64,000 nucleotides of DNA from Dendrobates tinctorius (Eukaryota): assembly GCF_039654945.1 (NCBI RefSeq), contig NW_027361707.1, positions 40,548,001-40,612,000 of the forward strand, in the 5' to 3' direction. A model generated the notes under the pieces. The model was not told the origin of the DNA. It was given only the letters and a program-made list of their open reading frames with translations, and did no database searches. The position numbers and the translations under genes are program-made. Shown piece after piece: positions 1 to 9,566 of the stretch (the first letter of the stretch is position 1; every line of letters begins with the position of its first letter).

Positions 1-459
1 GGGTTTCAAATCCGCAACATGTGAATTTCTCTTGTGGATGTGCTCAGTTTTCTGCACGGAATTTCCCCATAGAATTACATTAGATGTGGAAAATCCGCAG
101 GTAAAAAATGCACATGAGTTTTATGTGCATTTCCGCTGCATCAGAATCGCATGTAATCCTTACCTATGCATAGCAATACAGTTTTGCCAAAGCAAAAGAG
201 CGGGAAGTATCAAGATCAAAGTAGTTTCATTTAAAGCATGACTTAGCAAAAAGAGACAAAAAACACAGTGTCAGAAATGCAATATAAACAAAAAACGCAC
301 ACAAAAATGCAATAAAAAATGCAAGTAACCTACTTTACATGATAGGTGCAGAAATTCTGCAAAATCAAAAAAGATGACAACAAATCACAGCAGTGGTTGG
401 AGAGCGTGCTACATGCTATATTATTGTACAAAGCTTAATTAGCTATATTATGACTACCC

Positions 460-1115
460 TTAAATTACCACTTTGGTGTTTTTATTCACCACCAGCAATT
501 TTTGTTCCCTGAGAGCAGTAAAATACTTAATGGCTACAGTCTTCTGCTGTTCCCAGTGACGCTCTGGTCTTCTTCTAATCAATGTGACGATTGTTACCTG
601 CCGGATATCTCTAGTGTTGCTGGTCGATCCTGAAAACACTTCATATTGTAAGTCTGTGAGACACAGAATGAGGCCAGAACACGGCTCCCATAGACTTACA
701 GTCAGGCCGGGGTCACACTAGCGAGTTTAATGCGAGAAACTCGCACAAGTCTCTCACCTCAATACCCGGCACTGGCGCCGGCGGTTCGGACCAGAGTGTT
801 CAGCTTCATAGAAAGACATGGAGCCGCACACTCCGGTCCCGAGTGCCCGTGGCAGTGCCAGGTATTGAGGCGAGAGACTCGCGAAAGTTTCTCGCATTAC
901 ACTCGCTAGTGTGACCCCGGCCTAAGAGATATAGTGACCATTAGCAGCGACTTCTGGCCAGTCAGAGCTGCAGTCAGAAGATGGCAGAGACGGACCGGCA
1001 CAGCGCTGGAAACAATAGAAGACGGTCATTGGTAAGTATTTTATTACACACAGGGTACATAAATTACTGACACCTATCCAGTGGTGAGATAAATAAAAAT
1101 GAGTGGTACTTTAAA
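460..1115. mobile_element. Degenerate TTAA-type (T2/Kolobok-like) palindromic MITE hosting the 705-922 insertion
   Basis: Decayed inverted ends ttaaattaccact...ttattcaccaccag / ccagtggtgagataaataaaa...agtggtactttaaa. Confidence 0.45.
705..922. mobile_element. PIF/Harbinger (Tourist-like) MITE
   Basis: Palindromic, TIR GGCCGGGGTCACACTAGCGAG, flanked by TCA/TAA. Confidence 0.85.
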
Positions 1116-2857
1116 CCCCAACTAACCCTGAAATGCATTCTTAAAGGGATGATCCACTTCTTTAAAAACTGATCACCCATCCTTAGACTGGGTCTGCTGT
1201 CGCCCCCAATGATTAATTGTTTGAAGGGGCAGACCCTTTTTGCCCCTCTATACAGCAAAGGGTGGCACAGCACCGTACTTTACCCACTGTGCTTAGTATG
1301 GCAACTTCTGTCCCATTCACTTGATCATTACAAGATGCCGCTGAGGATCTCAACTTTACCGGGAAATTTTTGAGAAAAGGCTTGTGTTCCGTTTATAAAA
1401 AAAATAATAGTACGTTTTTATTACTGTCTATGAGTGCACTCTAACTTTGTGTTTCCAGCCACCAAAACAGGTATGCCAATGAAGCCAAAATCACTCGGTT
1501 GGCAGCTGTGGGGTAAAGGAAGCCCTATGGGTGCTCGGCCCGAATATCAGGAGCTTCCCTGGTCATACACCCAACCTAGGCTCTGAGTATGATGGGGGGT
1601 TGCTTGCCTGTGTGCTGTGTGACCAGTGACAGCCATCCATACCATCCATAATGGCTGCCCACAGGTCCAAGAAAGAAGAGATGCTCCAGTGCACAAACTG
1701 CTGATCTATTAAAAAAAAACAAACAATTTACATGCTGAGAAAAGAACATGAACATGTAGATTTTATGGTTTTAGTACCAATGTGATTTATGATGTTTCTG
1801 ATGGTTTGACCATTATTACTTCTGATTTAGGACCCTAAAACTTCCGGAGAATTTGGTGGTTCCAGATTAAAAATAAGTGTTACATTACTTTTCAAGTAGC
1901 GTTAGAAAATCATTTTCAAACATTCAGTTATATGAAAACGGCGCTTTAAACACTTCTGAAGAGCATATATGAGATCCTGTGCACAATGAGTATATACTAC
2001 GACCATCTATGACTCACGCTGGGCAATGTCCATCAAGTGTGTGCGCAATATTCCTAGAAAATGAACACAATCTATGTCCTCTCCTGTATATGTCGATATG
2101 ATGGAGAGACGCTCAACTCGGAATAAAATGCAAAGCGTTATGAAATCCATAAATCTTCCGCGGATATTGAATCAGTTGACGTATGACCGAAGACTGAGGT
2201 TCAGCCCTCGGATTTATTGTACCAGTCCAACACACAGCGGAATATAAAATAGATATAAAATGCATAAAAAAAATTATAGTACTTGGATAAATATTTTTCT
2301 GCTAATATTGAATCATTTTCTTGAATCTTATGTGACATTTTTATATCAGCCCACGTCAGTTTATGTCGCTTTTCGATCACGTAAATGAAATATAATGACT
2401 TTGGCAGGCTATTATTTTATCACCTACGGTATATTCTACTGCACTGCCACTGCACCATTTTAAATATGGATAATACATTAGCACGGGGCATTTTTACCCC
2501 CAAAATTCACATGAAACACATGTACACCCTTGACAATCCAATAAAGGACAAATTGCAAGAGGAAAGCAAGTTTCATTGGCAATGTAACCTCTTGGGTAAA
2601 TACCTGTAGGATATAAATTACTACTCTGGAAAACGGAGAAATGCGGATGGAAGTCTGAGACCTCTTCAAGGACGTTAAATGAAGTAGTCAAGTGTATCCG
2701 AAAAAGGCATACTAAGTAACGACAATCGCAAAATACAAGTGGATGGAGAGGGGTATGACATAGGAGCGTGCCGGCATATCGTACCCCTGTCTGATGCCGA
2801 TTTCATGGATTTTGGTCACGTTTGGTGGCATGACAGATGGGATGCTCGGTATCTTAC

Positions 2858-2980
2858 CTTAGTTAGTTGAGCAATTTTCTTGCACATCTTGACATGCAGG
2901 TCATGAGTGTATTCCTGCGATAGAAGAGGGCTCGCTTTGGATCCATTATACATGGCATGTTGATTTTTTCCCGAGGCCAT
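2858..2980 (-). CDS. FAM184B: First coding exon of a FAM184 family coiled-coil protein, most like FAM184B
   Basis: 41 codons MASGKNQHAMYNGSKASPLLSQEYTHDLHVKMCKKIAQLTK end in a phase-0 donor AAG|GTAAGA at 2857. HVKMCKKIAQLTK matches the FAM184B N-terminal motif as I recall it (FAM184A has MSKKIAQLTK). No later exon recognised in the window. Confidence 0.85.
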
Positions 2981-3029
2981 TCTTCTGTTCTTGCCTCTTT
3001 TTTTTTTTTTATTTAACACAGATCAGCAA

Positions 3030-3340
3030 GTGGATTTCGGACTACGCACACATTGACGAGGCTTTTGTATACGCTAACGGCGGCTGCGGAGAAGAGGCGG
3101 CCAAGGCCCCCCGCACACGCTTCTCCTGTAACTGCAGATGTCCTGATCCTTCAGAAAGCAGCCAAGCTGGAGAAGCTGCAGCATGTGCTGTATATCTGTG
3201 GCTTCCTTATTGGACTAAAAGCTGACTGGGAGATGCCGGGAATTCTTTTTAGCATGCATTTCAGGAGACTAGCAGACAGAAGCAAGAACAGAGCTGGAGA
3301 CAGGAATATCCTCACCCAGAACACATAGAATATTAACGTC
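3030..3340 (-). promoter_or_regulatory. Probable 5' UTR / proximal promoter of FAM184B
   Basis: Non-repeat, locally CpG-rich stretch (gcggctgcggagaagaggcggccaaggccccccgcacacgc) directly upstream of the ATG. The transcription start is not determinable. Confidence 0.4.
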
Positions 3341-4102
3341 ACATTCAGCGTCTGACACTTTTTCCCTTGATGACCTCATAGCAAGGCTATTTTAAAGCAT
3401 GATTTGCTCAATTTTTCCTCAATGTTTGTAGCCAAGATTTGATTTGATTTGATTCCACGGTGATTTGATATACAGAACAGCTACAAACCATTTTCCTGTT
3501 TATTGCGTAGTAATTTCATTCTTTAGAATGTATTGAACCCGCAGCTCTTCTCAGGAAGTAATAGCAAACATTCTTTTTTTTCAATTCCGCAACTGTGGAG
3601 TTCAATGTAATTTTTTCTACCATAGGCAACAAATACCTTGCTTGATTAATTATTCATCAATGTAGGATTATTATCATAATCACTAGAGAAGGGGAAATTT
3701 ACTCAAGTGGAAATGACTTCTCTAATTTTGCCAAAATTTGTACAGTTCTGGCAAAAATTAAGAGACCACCATATCAAAACCCTGTGAAGGGCAGCCCATG
3801 AAAACCTCTGGAATGTAATCAAGAGGATGATGGATAGTCACAATCCATCAAACTAAGAAGAACTGCATAAATTATTGCACTAGAAACCGTGTGAAAGACT
3901 GGTAGAAAGCATGCCAAGACGCATGAAAGCTGTTTTCAAAAATCATGGTTATTCCACAAAATATTGATTTCTGAACTCTTCCTGAGTTAAACATTAGTAT
4001 TGTTGTTTCTAAATGATTATGAACTTGTTTTCTTTGCACTATTTGAGGTCTAAAAGCACTGGGTTGGGTTGTCACAATTTTGTAGACTAAAAGAACAATT
4101 TA

Positions 4103-5297
4103 CCGTATATACTCATGTATAAGACGAGATTTTCAGCCCATTTTTTTGGGCTGAAAGTCCCCCTCTTGACTTATACACGAGTCATATACCTGGGGGTCGG
4201 CAGGGGAGGGGGAGCGGGGGTGTCAGATCATACATACACCCCCTGGCACGGTCTCTGCAGGCCCCCCCGCTTCTCCACATTCTCCCTTCCTGTCTTCAGC
4301 GGTCGCGTGGTACCGCTCATTAAACTCATGAATATGCGCATATTCATGAGTGTAATAAACGGTATAACATGACCACTGAAGGCAGGAAGGGAGACAGTGG
4401 AGAAGCGGGGCTGCAGAGACCGTGCCAGGAGAGGGTAAGTATAGCGATATTCACCTGTCCAGGGTCCATCGCTGCTCACCGCTGTCTGCTGCTTCCTGTG
4501 TCCGTGACGTTTAGCCAGCAGGGGGCGTGGTGATGAGGTTAGTGCATGCTGCACCCTCTGTTGGCTGAACAGTCACTGACAGAGGACGCGCAGACAGCGG
4601 TGAGCAGTGATGGACCCCGGACAGGTGAATATCTCAGGTGCCGGGTCCTGAGCAGGAGAGGTGAGTATGGCATTTTTTTGCAGTAGCAGCATATGGGGGG
4701 CATAGTCTATGGAGCAGCATATGGGGGCATATTCTATGGGGCAGCATATGGGGGCATATTCTATGGGGCAGCATATGGGGGCATATTTTATGGGGCAGCA
4801 TATGGGGGCATAGTCTATGGAGAGCAGCATATGGGGGGCATAGTCTATGGAGCAGCATATGGGGGCATATTCTATGGGGCAGCATATGGGGGCATAATCT
4901 ATGGAGCATTATATGGGGCATAATCTATGGAGCATCTTATGGGGCCATAACCTTTATGGAGAATTATATGGGGCATATTATTCTATGGCGCATCTTATGG
5001 GGCATTATTAACCTTTGTGCAGCATTATATGGGGTGTATTTTGTATGGAGCATCTTATAGGGCCCATCATGAACTGTATAGAGCATTATATGGGGCTCCT
5101 GATTCAATATGGATATTCAAAAACATTTAACCTACTGATGTCTCAATTAATTTTACTTTTGTTGGTATCTATTTTTATTTTTTAAATTTACCAGTAGCTG
5201 CTGCATTTTCCACCCTAGGCTTATACGCGAGTCAATAAGTTTTCTCAGTTTTTTCTGGCAAAATTAGGGGGGTTGGCTTATAAACGAGTATATACGG
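4103..5297. mobile_element. Non-autonomous TcMar (Tc2/pogo-like) element nested in the Tc1 relic
   Basis: TA-flanked TIRs CCGTATATACTC / GAGTATATACGG. Contains two internal hairpins and a minisatellite. Confidence 0.75.
4686..5097. repeat. ~27-bp minisatellite (gcagcatatgggggcatattctatggg)n
   Basis: Tandem array seen directly; units decay toward the right. Confidence 0.95.
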
Positions 5298-6551
5298 TAC
5301 ATTTTACTCAAAAATATACTTATAAAGAGATAAATCAGAAAAACTGAAGTGGTCTCTTAATTTTTGCCAGAGCTGTATTTTTCAGAATTACGGTACTTCT
5401 TGTAATTTGTGCAATATGAAGTCAGCAGTGGTCACAATTTTGCTAAATCGTAGAGGGCTGGCAGAATGTATGAAAAAAATAAAAAATAGAAGACCAACAG
5501 ATGCTGAAACCGCGGCCGTGACCAGGCTTGGGACCTCCCGCCGTAAGGTCACCACGTGCGCTACTAGTTTGGCACCAGGCCTGGGACGTCCTTGTGCATG
5601 TGCACCCTAATATAACTTTGTCCTGACCTAGTCTGAAAAAGCCAAGGATTTCAGCCCCCAATAGCATTAGAAAGAGGCACATCAAGCAGCAGAGCATCGG
5701 GTGATGAAGTTTTAGTTGTTTTCTGTTTTTTGCCATTTTACGTTTATTATGCTCTGGGCTCTAGATCGACCCCAGAGCATAATAAGGGACATTGTATTTG
5801 AGGAGTAAAAAAGAAAAAATCCATTGAAAATCAAATTTCCCCTATACCAGCTGCTCGATTTGGCAAATCCAGATCTCAGCAAATTCGATCATCTCTAATA
5901 ATCACTATTATCCTGTGATTTAATGAGGCCTAAAATATAGTTAAAGAGGCCCAGTGAAGAATTGAGCAGGATCATTATATCAGGGCATATACACCTGGTG
6001 AAATAAGTATTAAACACGTCACCAATTTTCTAAGTAAATATATTTCTAAAGGTGCTATTGACATGAAATTCTCACCAGATGTCGGTAACAATCCATCCAA
6101 TCCACACAGGCAAAGATATCAAACCATAGATATCCATAAATTAAGTTAAGTGTAATAATGAGAACTGACACAAGGAAAAAGTATTGAGTACATGAAGAAA
6201 GCGAGGCGCAAAAACCATTAAAAGTCATGACACCAGCTAAAGTCTATCAGTTTTTAGAAAGCAATAATGAAAAAAGTCTTAGTTACTCACCGGTTAACGG
6301 TATTTTTCGGAGTCCATGAAAGCACCACCTGAGAGAGGGGATCCGCCCTTTAGGAACAGGAAACCTACAGATACAAAAAGGGTGGCACCTCTCCCACGCA
6401 TCAGTTGGATTACAGAGCACAAGAGGACTTCCAAGGTTAATGCATGATTTATGTACAGTATTCTTTACAATTATAACTTTTATCACCAGTGAGCATATAC
6501 AAGAAAAAAGACGTGCACACCCCAATTAAACTATAAGGGAGGGAATATACG

Positions 6552-6638
6552 GGTGCTGTCATGGACTCCGAAAAATACCGTTAACCGGTGAGTAACTAAG
6601 ACTTTATTCGGTCGTCCATGACAGCACCACCTGAGAGA
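6552..6638 (-). repeat. DIRS internal complementary region (ICR)
   Basis: Left half is the reverse complement of ~6273-6326 and right half of ~11825-11856. The halves join at ctaagactttattcggtcg, the predicted circle junction. Confidence 0.93.
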
Positions 6639-6660
6639 TTTACAGAGAGTAATATCAGCT

Positions 6661-8091
6661 TTAGGGAGGGACTACAGCCTGCAGCACCCTTATACCAAAA
6701 GAGAGGTCTGTGGAAGCACCCAGGTCTAGCCTATAATGACTATAAAAGGTGCTTGGAGAGGACCAAGTAGCCGCCTTACATATCTGGTCGATGGAGACTT
6801 CTGATCTTTCGGCCCATGAGGTTGCCATTGCCCTGGTGGAATGCGCCCTCAGCTTTCCGGGTGGCGACCTGCCCTTTGATGTGTATGCTATTGCAATCGC
6901 CTCTCTAATCCATCTGGCTAGTGTATTTTTTGATGCTCTACAACCTTTTCTGGGGCCTTGATGAGAGATAAATAGGGCATTATCTTTCTTCCATGGATCG
7001 GTGACTGACAGATATTCTATGAGGCCTCTCCTGACATCCAGGGTGTGTAGTTTCCTTTCCTTCTCGTTAGTTGGATTAGGGAGGAAGGATGGCAGAACTA
7101 TATCCTGTGTCCTATGGAAACTAGAAACTACCTTTGGCAAGTACGCTGGATCAGGTCTAAGTATTACCCTATCCTCTTTAAACTGTAAATAAGGAGGACA
7201 CCTAGATAAAGCCTGAATATCGCTTATTCTGCGAGCTGATGTTAGAGCTACCAGGAAGGCTACCTTGAGGGACAGGTTTTTTAGGGAAGCCGACGAGATA
7301 GGTTCGAATGGAGTCTCTGTCATAGCAGTGAGGACTAGGTTCAAGTCCCACGGCATAAACCTATCCTTCATTATTGGCCTGGATCTCCCTGCTGCCTTAA
7401 TGAATCTGCTTATCCAATAATTACCAGCAATGTTACAGCTAAACAGAGCCCCCAAGGCTGACACTTGTACTTTAAGGGTACTGGTAGAGAGCCCCATGTC
7501 CAGACCTTTTTGTAGGAACTCTAATATCTGCATTATAGGTGCTGAATCTCCAGCGATTACTTTTGAGTTTTGAAGGAATTTTTTCCAAATCCTAACGTAA
7601 ATTTTTGTGGTAATGATTTTTCTACTTTTAAGTAGGGTGTTAATTAGGTCTGCGGAGAAACCCTTCTCTTCTAATAATGACCGTTCAAACTCCACGCCGT
7701 CAGATGAAGGCCAGCCACCTGAGGATGGAAGACTGGGCCCTGGGACAGGAGATCCGGGATGTCCGGCAGAACCCAAGGATCGGCCACCGACATGGTCCTG
7801 AGGCATGAGAACCATGCTCTCCTGGGCCAAAACGGAGCGATAACTATCACCCTTGCTCTGTCTTTCCTGATTTTCCTCATCACTAGGGGTAGAAGAGATA
7901 GGGGAGGGAAGGCGTAGGCTAGTTTGAAGTCCCAGTTTATCAGGAAGGCATCTACCGCCAGAGGATTTTCTCTGGGATTCAGGGAGCAGAATTGTTTCAA
8001 TTGCGTGTTGTCTCTGGTGGCGAATAGGTCTACCTCTGGATATCCCCACTTTTGAACAATCAGATTGAATATGGAGGTGTTTAAAGACCAT
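6661..8091 (-). CDS. DIRS tyrosine recombinase
   Basis: Catalytic R-H-x-x-R-Y signature: SARRISDI, HSTR, TFYSHY. The first ~135 aa overlap pol and may not be translated. Confidence 0.93.
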   Translation of the reverse strand: MVFKHLHIQSDCSKVGISRGRPIRHQRQHAIETILLPESQRKSSGGRCLPDKLGLQTSLRLPSPISSTPSDEENQERQSKGDSYRSVLAQESMVLMPQDHVGGRSLGSAGHPGSPVPGPSLPSSGGWPSSDGVEFERSLLEEKGFSADLINTLLKSRKIITTKIYVRIWKKFLQNSKVIAGDSAPIMQILEFLQKGLDMGLSTSTLKVQVSALGALFSCNIAGNYWISRFIKAAGRSRPIMKDRFMPWDLNLVLTAMTETPFEPISSASLKNLSLKVAFLVALTSARRISDIQALSRCPPYLQFKEDRVILRPDPAYLPKVVSSFHRTQDIVLPSFLPNPTNEKERKLHTLDVRRGLIEYLSVTDPWKKDNALFISHQGPRKGCRASKNTLARWIREAIAIAYTSKGRSPPGKLRAHSTRAMATSWAERSEVSIDQICKAATWSSPSTFYSHYRLDLGASTDLSFGIRVLQAVVPP

Positions 8092-9566
8092 TCCCCTTGC
8101 TTTAGCCGATTGCGGCTTAAAAAGTCTGCCGTGATGTTGTCTTTTCCTTTTATATGCAATGCTGTTAAAGATAGGAAGTATTGTTCTGCTAGATGGAACA
8201 ACCGCTCTGCTACAAACATCAGGGGTCTGGAACGAGTCCCGCCTTGGTGATTGATGTATGCCACGGTGACCTGATTGTCGGAGAACACTCGCACGTGATG
8301 GCCCTGTAGGTACACAAGGAGCTTTTTAGCCGCCTGTTCTACTGCTGTCAATTCTTTTAGGTTAGATGACATTCCTAACTGATGATGTTGCCATTGGTCC
8401 TGGACTAAAATTTCACCCATATGAGCTCCCCAACCGTAAGGACTAGCATCCGTGGTGACTATGCGGGTTTCGTTATACTCCCAGGGCACCCCTTTTGTTA
8501 AGTTATCCTTGTCTAACCACCACTCTAGGGACTCCCTTGTGTTACGGGATAAGGTTAGCTGACCCTCCAAGTAACCTCCAAGGACTTTTTGATGTAATAA
8601 GACCTCGCTCTGTAGTTTCCTTGCATGAAACTGGGCCCACTGGACTGCCGGGATACAGGCCGAAAGAGAGCCTAGAAGGGACATGGCTTTTCTGAGGGAC
8701 ATGGTGGGGTTATTGGAGGCGTTCAGGATCTGATAATGGAGGCGAACAAGCTTGTCCGGAGGCAGACGGCATTCCTGTTTTTCAGAATCCAGGGTTAGGC
8801 CCAAAAATTGTTGGACTTTCATTGGTTGCAACCGGGACTTTTTGACGTTCAGCAACCATCCTAACCGTTCTAGGGCAGACATTGCCTTTTGTAGCTGTTG
8901 TAAACAATGGTTCGCCGTTTTACCTACAATAAGAAAATCATCCAGGTAGGGGATCACCAGAATGTTCGATTCACGTAGATGGGCCATGACCTCCGCTATC
9001 ACCTTAGTAAATACTCGGGGAGCAACTGCCACTCCAAAAGGGAGGGCCGCATATTGGAAATGTCGAACTGACCCATCCAACTGAACCGCCACTCTGAGGA
9101 ACCGCTGATGGCCTGCATGGATGGGTATATGGTAGTATGCGTCTTTTAAATCTAACACCACCATGAAGCAGTTTTGGAACAGCAATTTTATTGCAGATTT
9201 AATCGTTTCCATCTTAAAGGGACGTATGACCAAAAATTTGTTGAGGGCCTTAAGGTTAATTATTGTCCTAAAGGAGCTGTCCGGTTTGCGGACCAGGAAC
9301 AGAGGGGAGTAGAATCCCTTCCCCCATTCTTCCTCTGGAACCTCTATCAGGACTTTCTTAGCGCACAGGTTATGAACCTCGGCTTCCAGGGCAGCTTGTT
9401 CTGCCGCAGATGACCTGAGTGGGGTGATTTTAAATTGATCAAGGGGAACCCTAGAAAACTCTAGTCGTAGTCCCATGGCTATTATCCCCAATATCCAGCT
9501 GCTATTGGAGATCAGAGACCAGGATGGGTAGAAGGCAGCTAGTCTCCCTCCTACTGGGGCAACTAG
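7671..9566 (-). CDS. DIRS pol: reverse transcriptase, RNase H and adenine methyltransferase-like domain
   Basis: LDLKDAY, LPFG, YLDD (RT); TTDAS, SDN, ADFLSR (RNase H); VDLFAT..YAFPP..APFWP (MT-like). The frame stays open back to the gag stop (LVAPVGGRLAAF...). Confidence 0.95.
   Translation of the reverse strand, partial: LVAPVGGRLAAFYPSWSLISNSSWILGIIAMGLRLEFSRVPLDQFKITPLRSSAAEQAALEAEVHNLCAKKVLIEVPEEEWGKGFYSPLFLVRKPDSSFRTIINLKALNKFLVIRPFKMETIKSAIKLLFQNCFMVVLDLKDAYYHIPIHAGHQRFLRVAVQLDGSVRHFQYAALPFGVAVAPRVFTKVIAEVMAHLRESNILVIPYLDDFLIVGKTANHCLQQLQKAMSALERLGWLLNVKKSRLQPMKVQQFLGLTLDSEKQECRLPPDKLVRLHYQILNASNNPTMSLRKAMSLLGSLSACIPAVQWAQFHARKLQSEVLLHQKVLGGYLEGQLTLSRNTRESLEWWLDKDNLTKGVPWEYNETRIVTTDASPYGWGAHMGEILVQDQWQHHQLGMSSNLKELTAVEQAAKKLLVYLQGHHVRVFSDNQVTVAYINHQGGTRSRPLMFVAERLFHLAEQYFLSLTALHIKGKDNITADFLSRNRLKQGEWSLNTSIFNLIVQKWGYPEVDLFATRDNTQLKQFCSLNPRENPLAVDAFLINWDFKLAYAFPPLSLLPLVMRKIRKDRARVIVIAPFWPRRAWFSCLRTMSVADPWVLPDIPDLLSQGPVFHPQVAGLHLTAWSLNGHY

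Larger units (their letters stand above)
3743..5375 (+). mobile_element. Internally deleted Tc1/mariner element
   Basis: TA-flanked TIRs CAGTTCTGGCAAAAATTAAGAGACCAC / GTGGTCTCTTAATTTTTGCCAGAGCTG. Transposase C-terminal remnant LVESMPRRMKAV..HGYSTKY* at ~3900-3967. Confidence 0.85.

Noticed and set aside
4573-4923. Repetitive ORFs (YAPICCPIE, GGIFYGAAY)
   Set aside because: Translations of the 27-bp minisatellite; no evidence of coding.
4686-5097. CRISPR-like periodicity
   Set aside because: Head-to-tail repeats without unique spacers, no cas genes, eukaryotic context.
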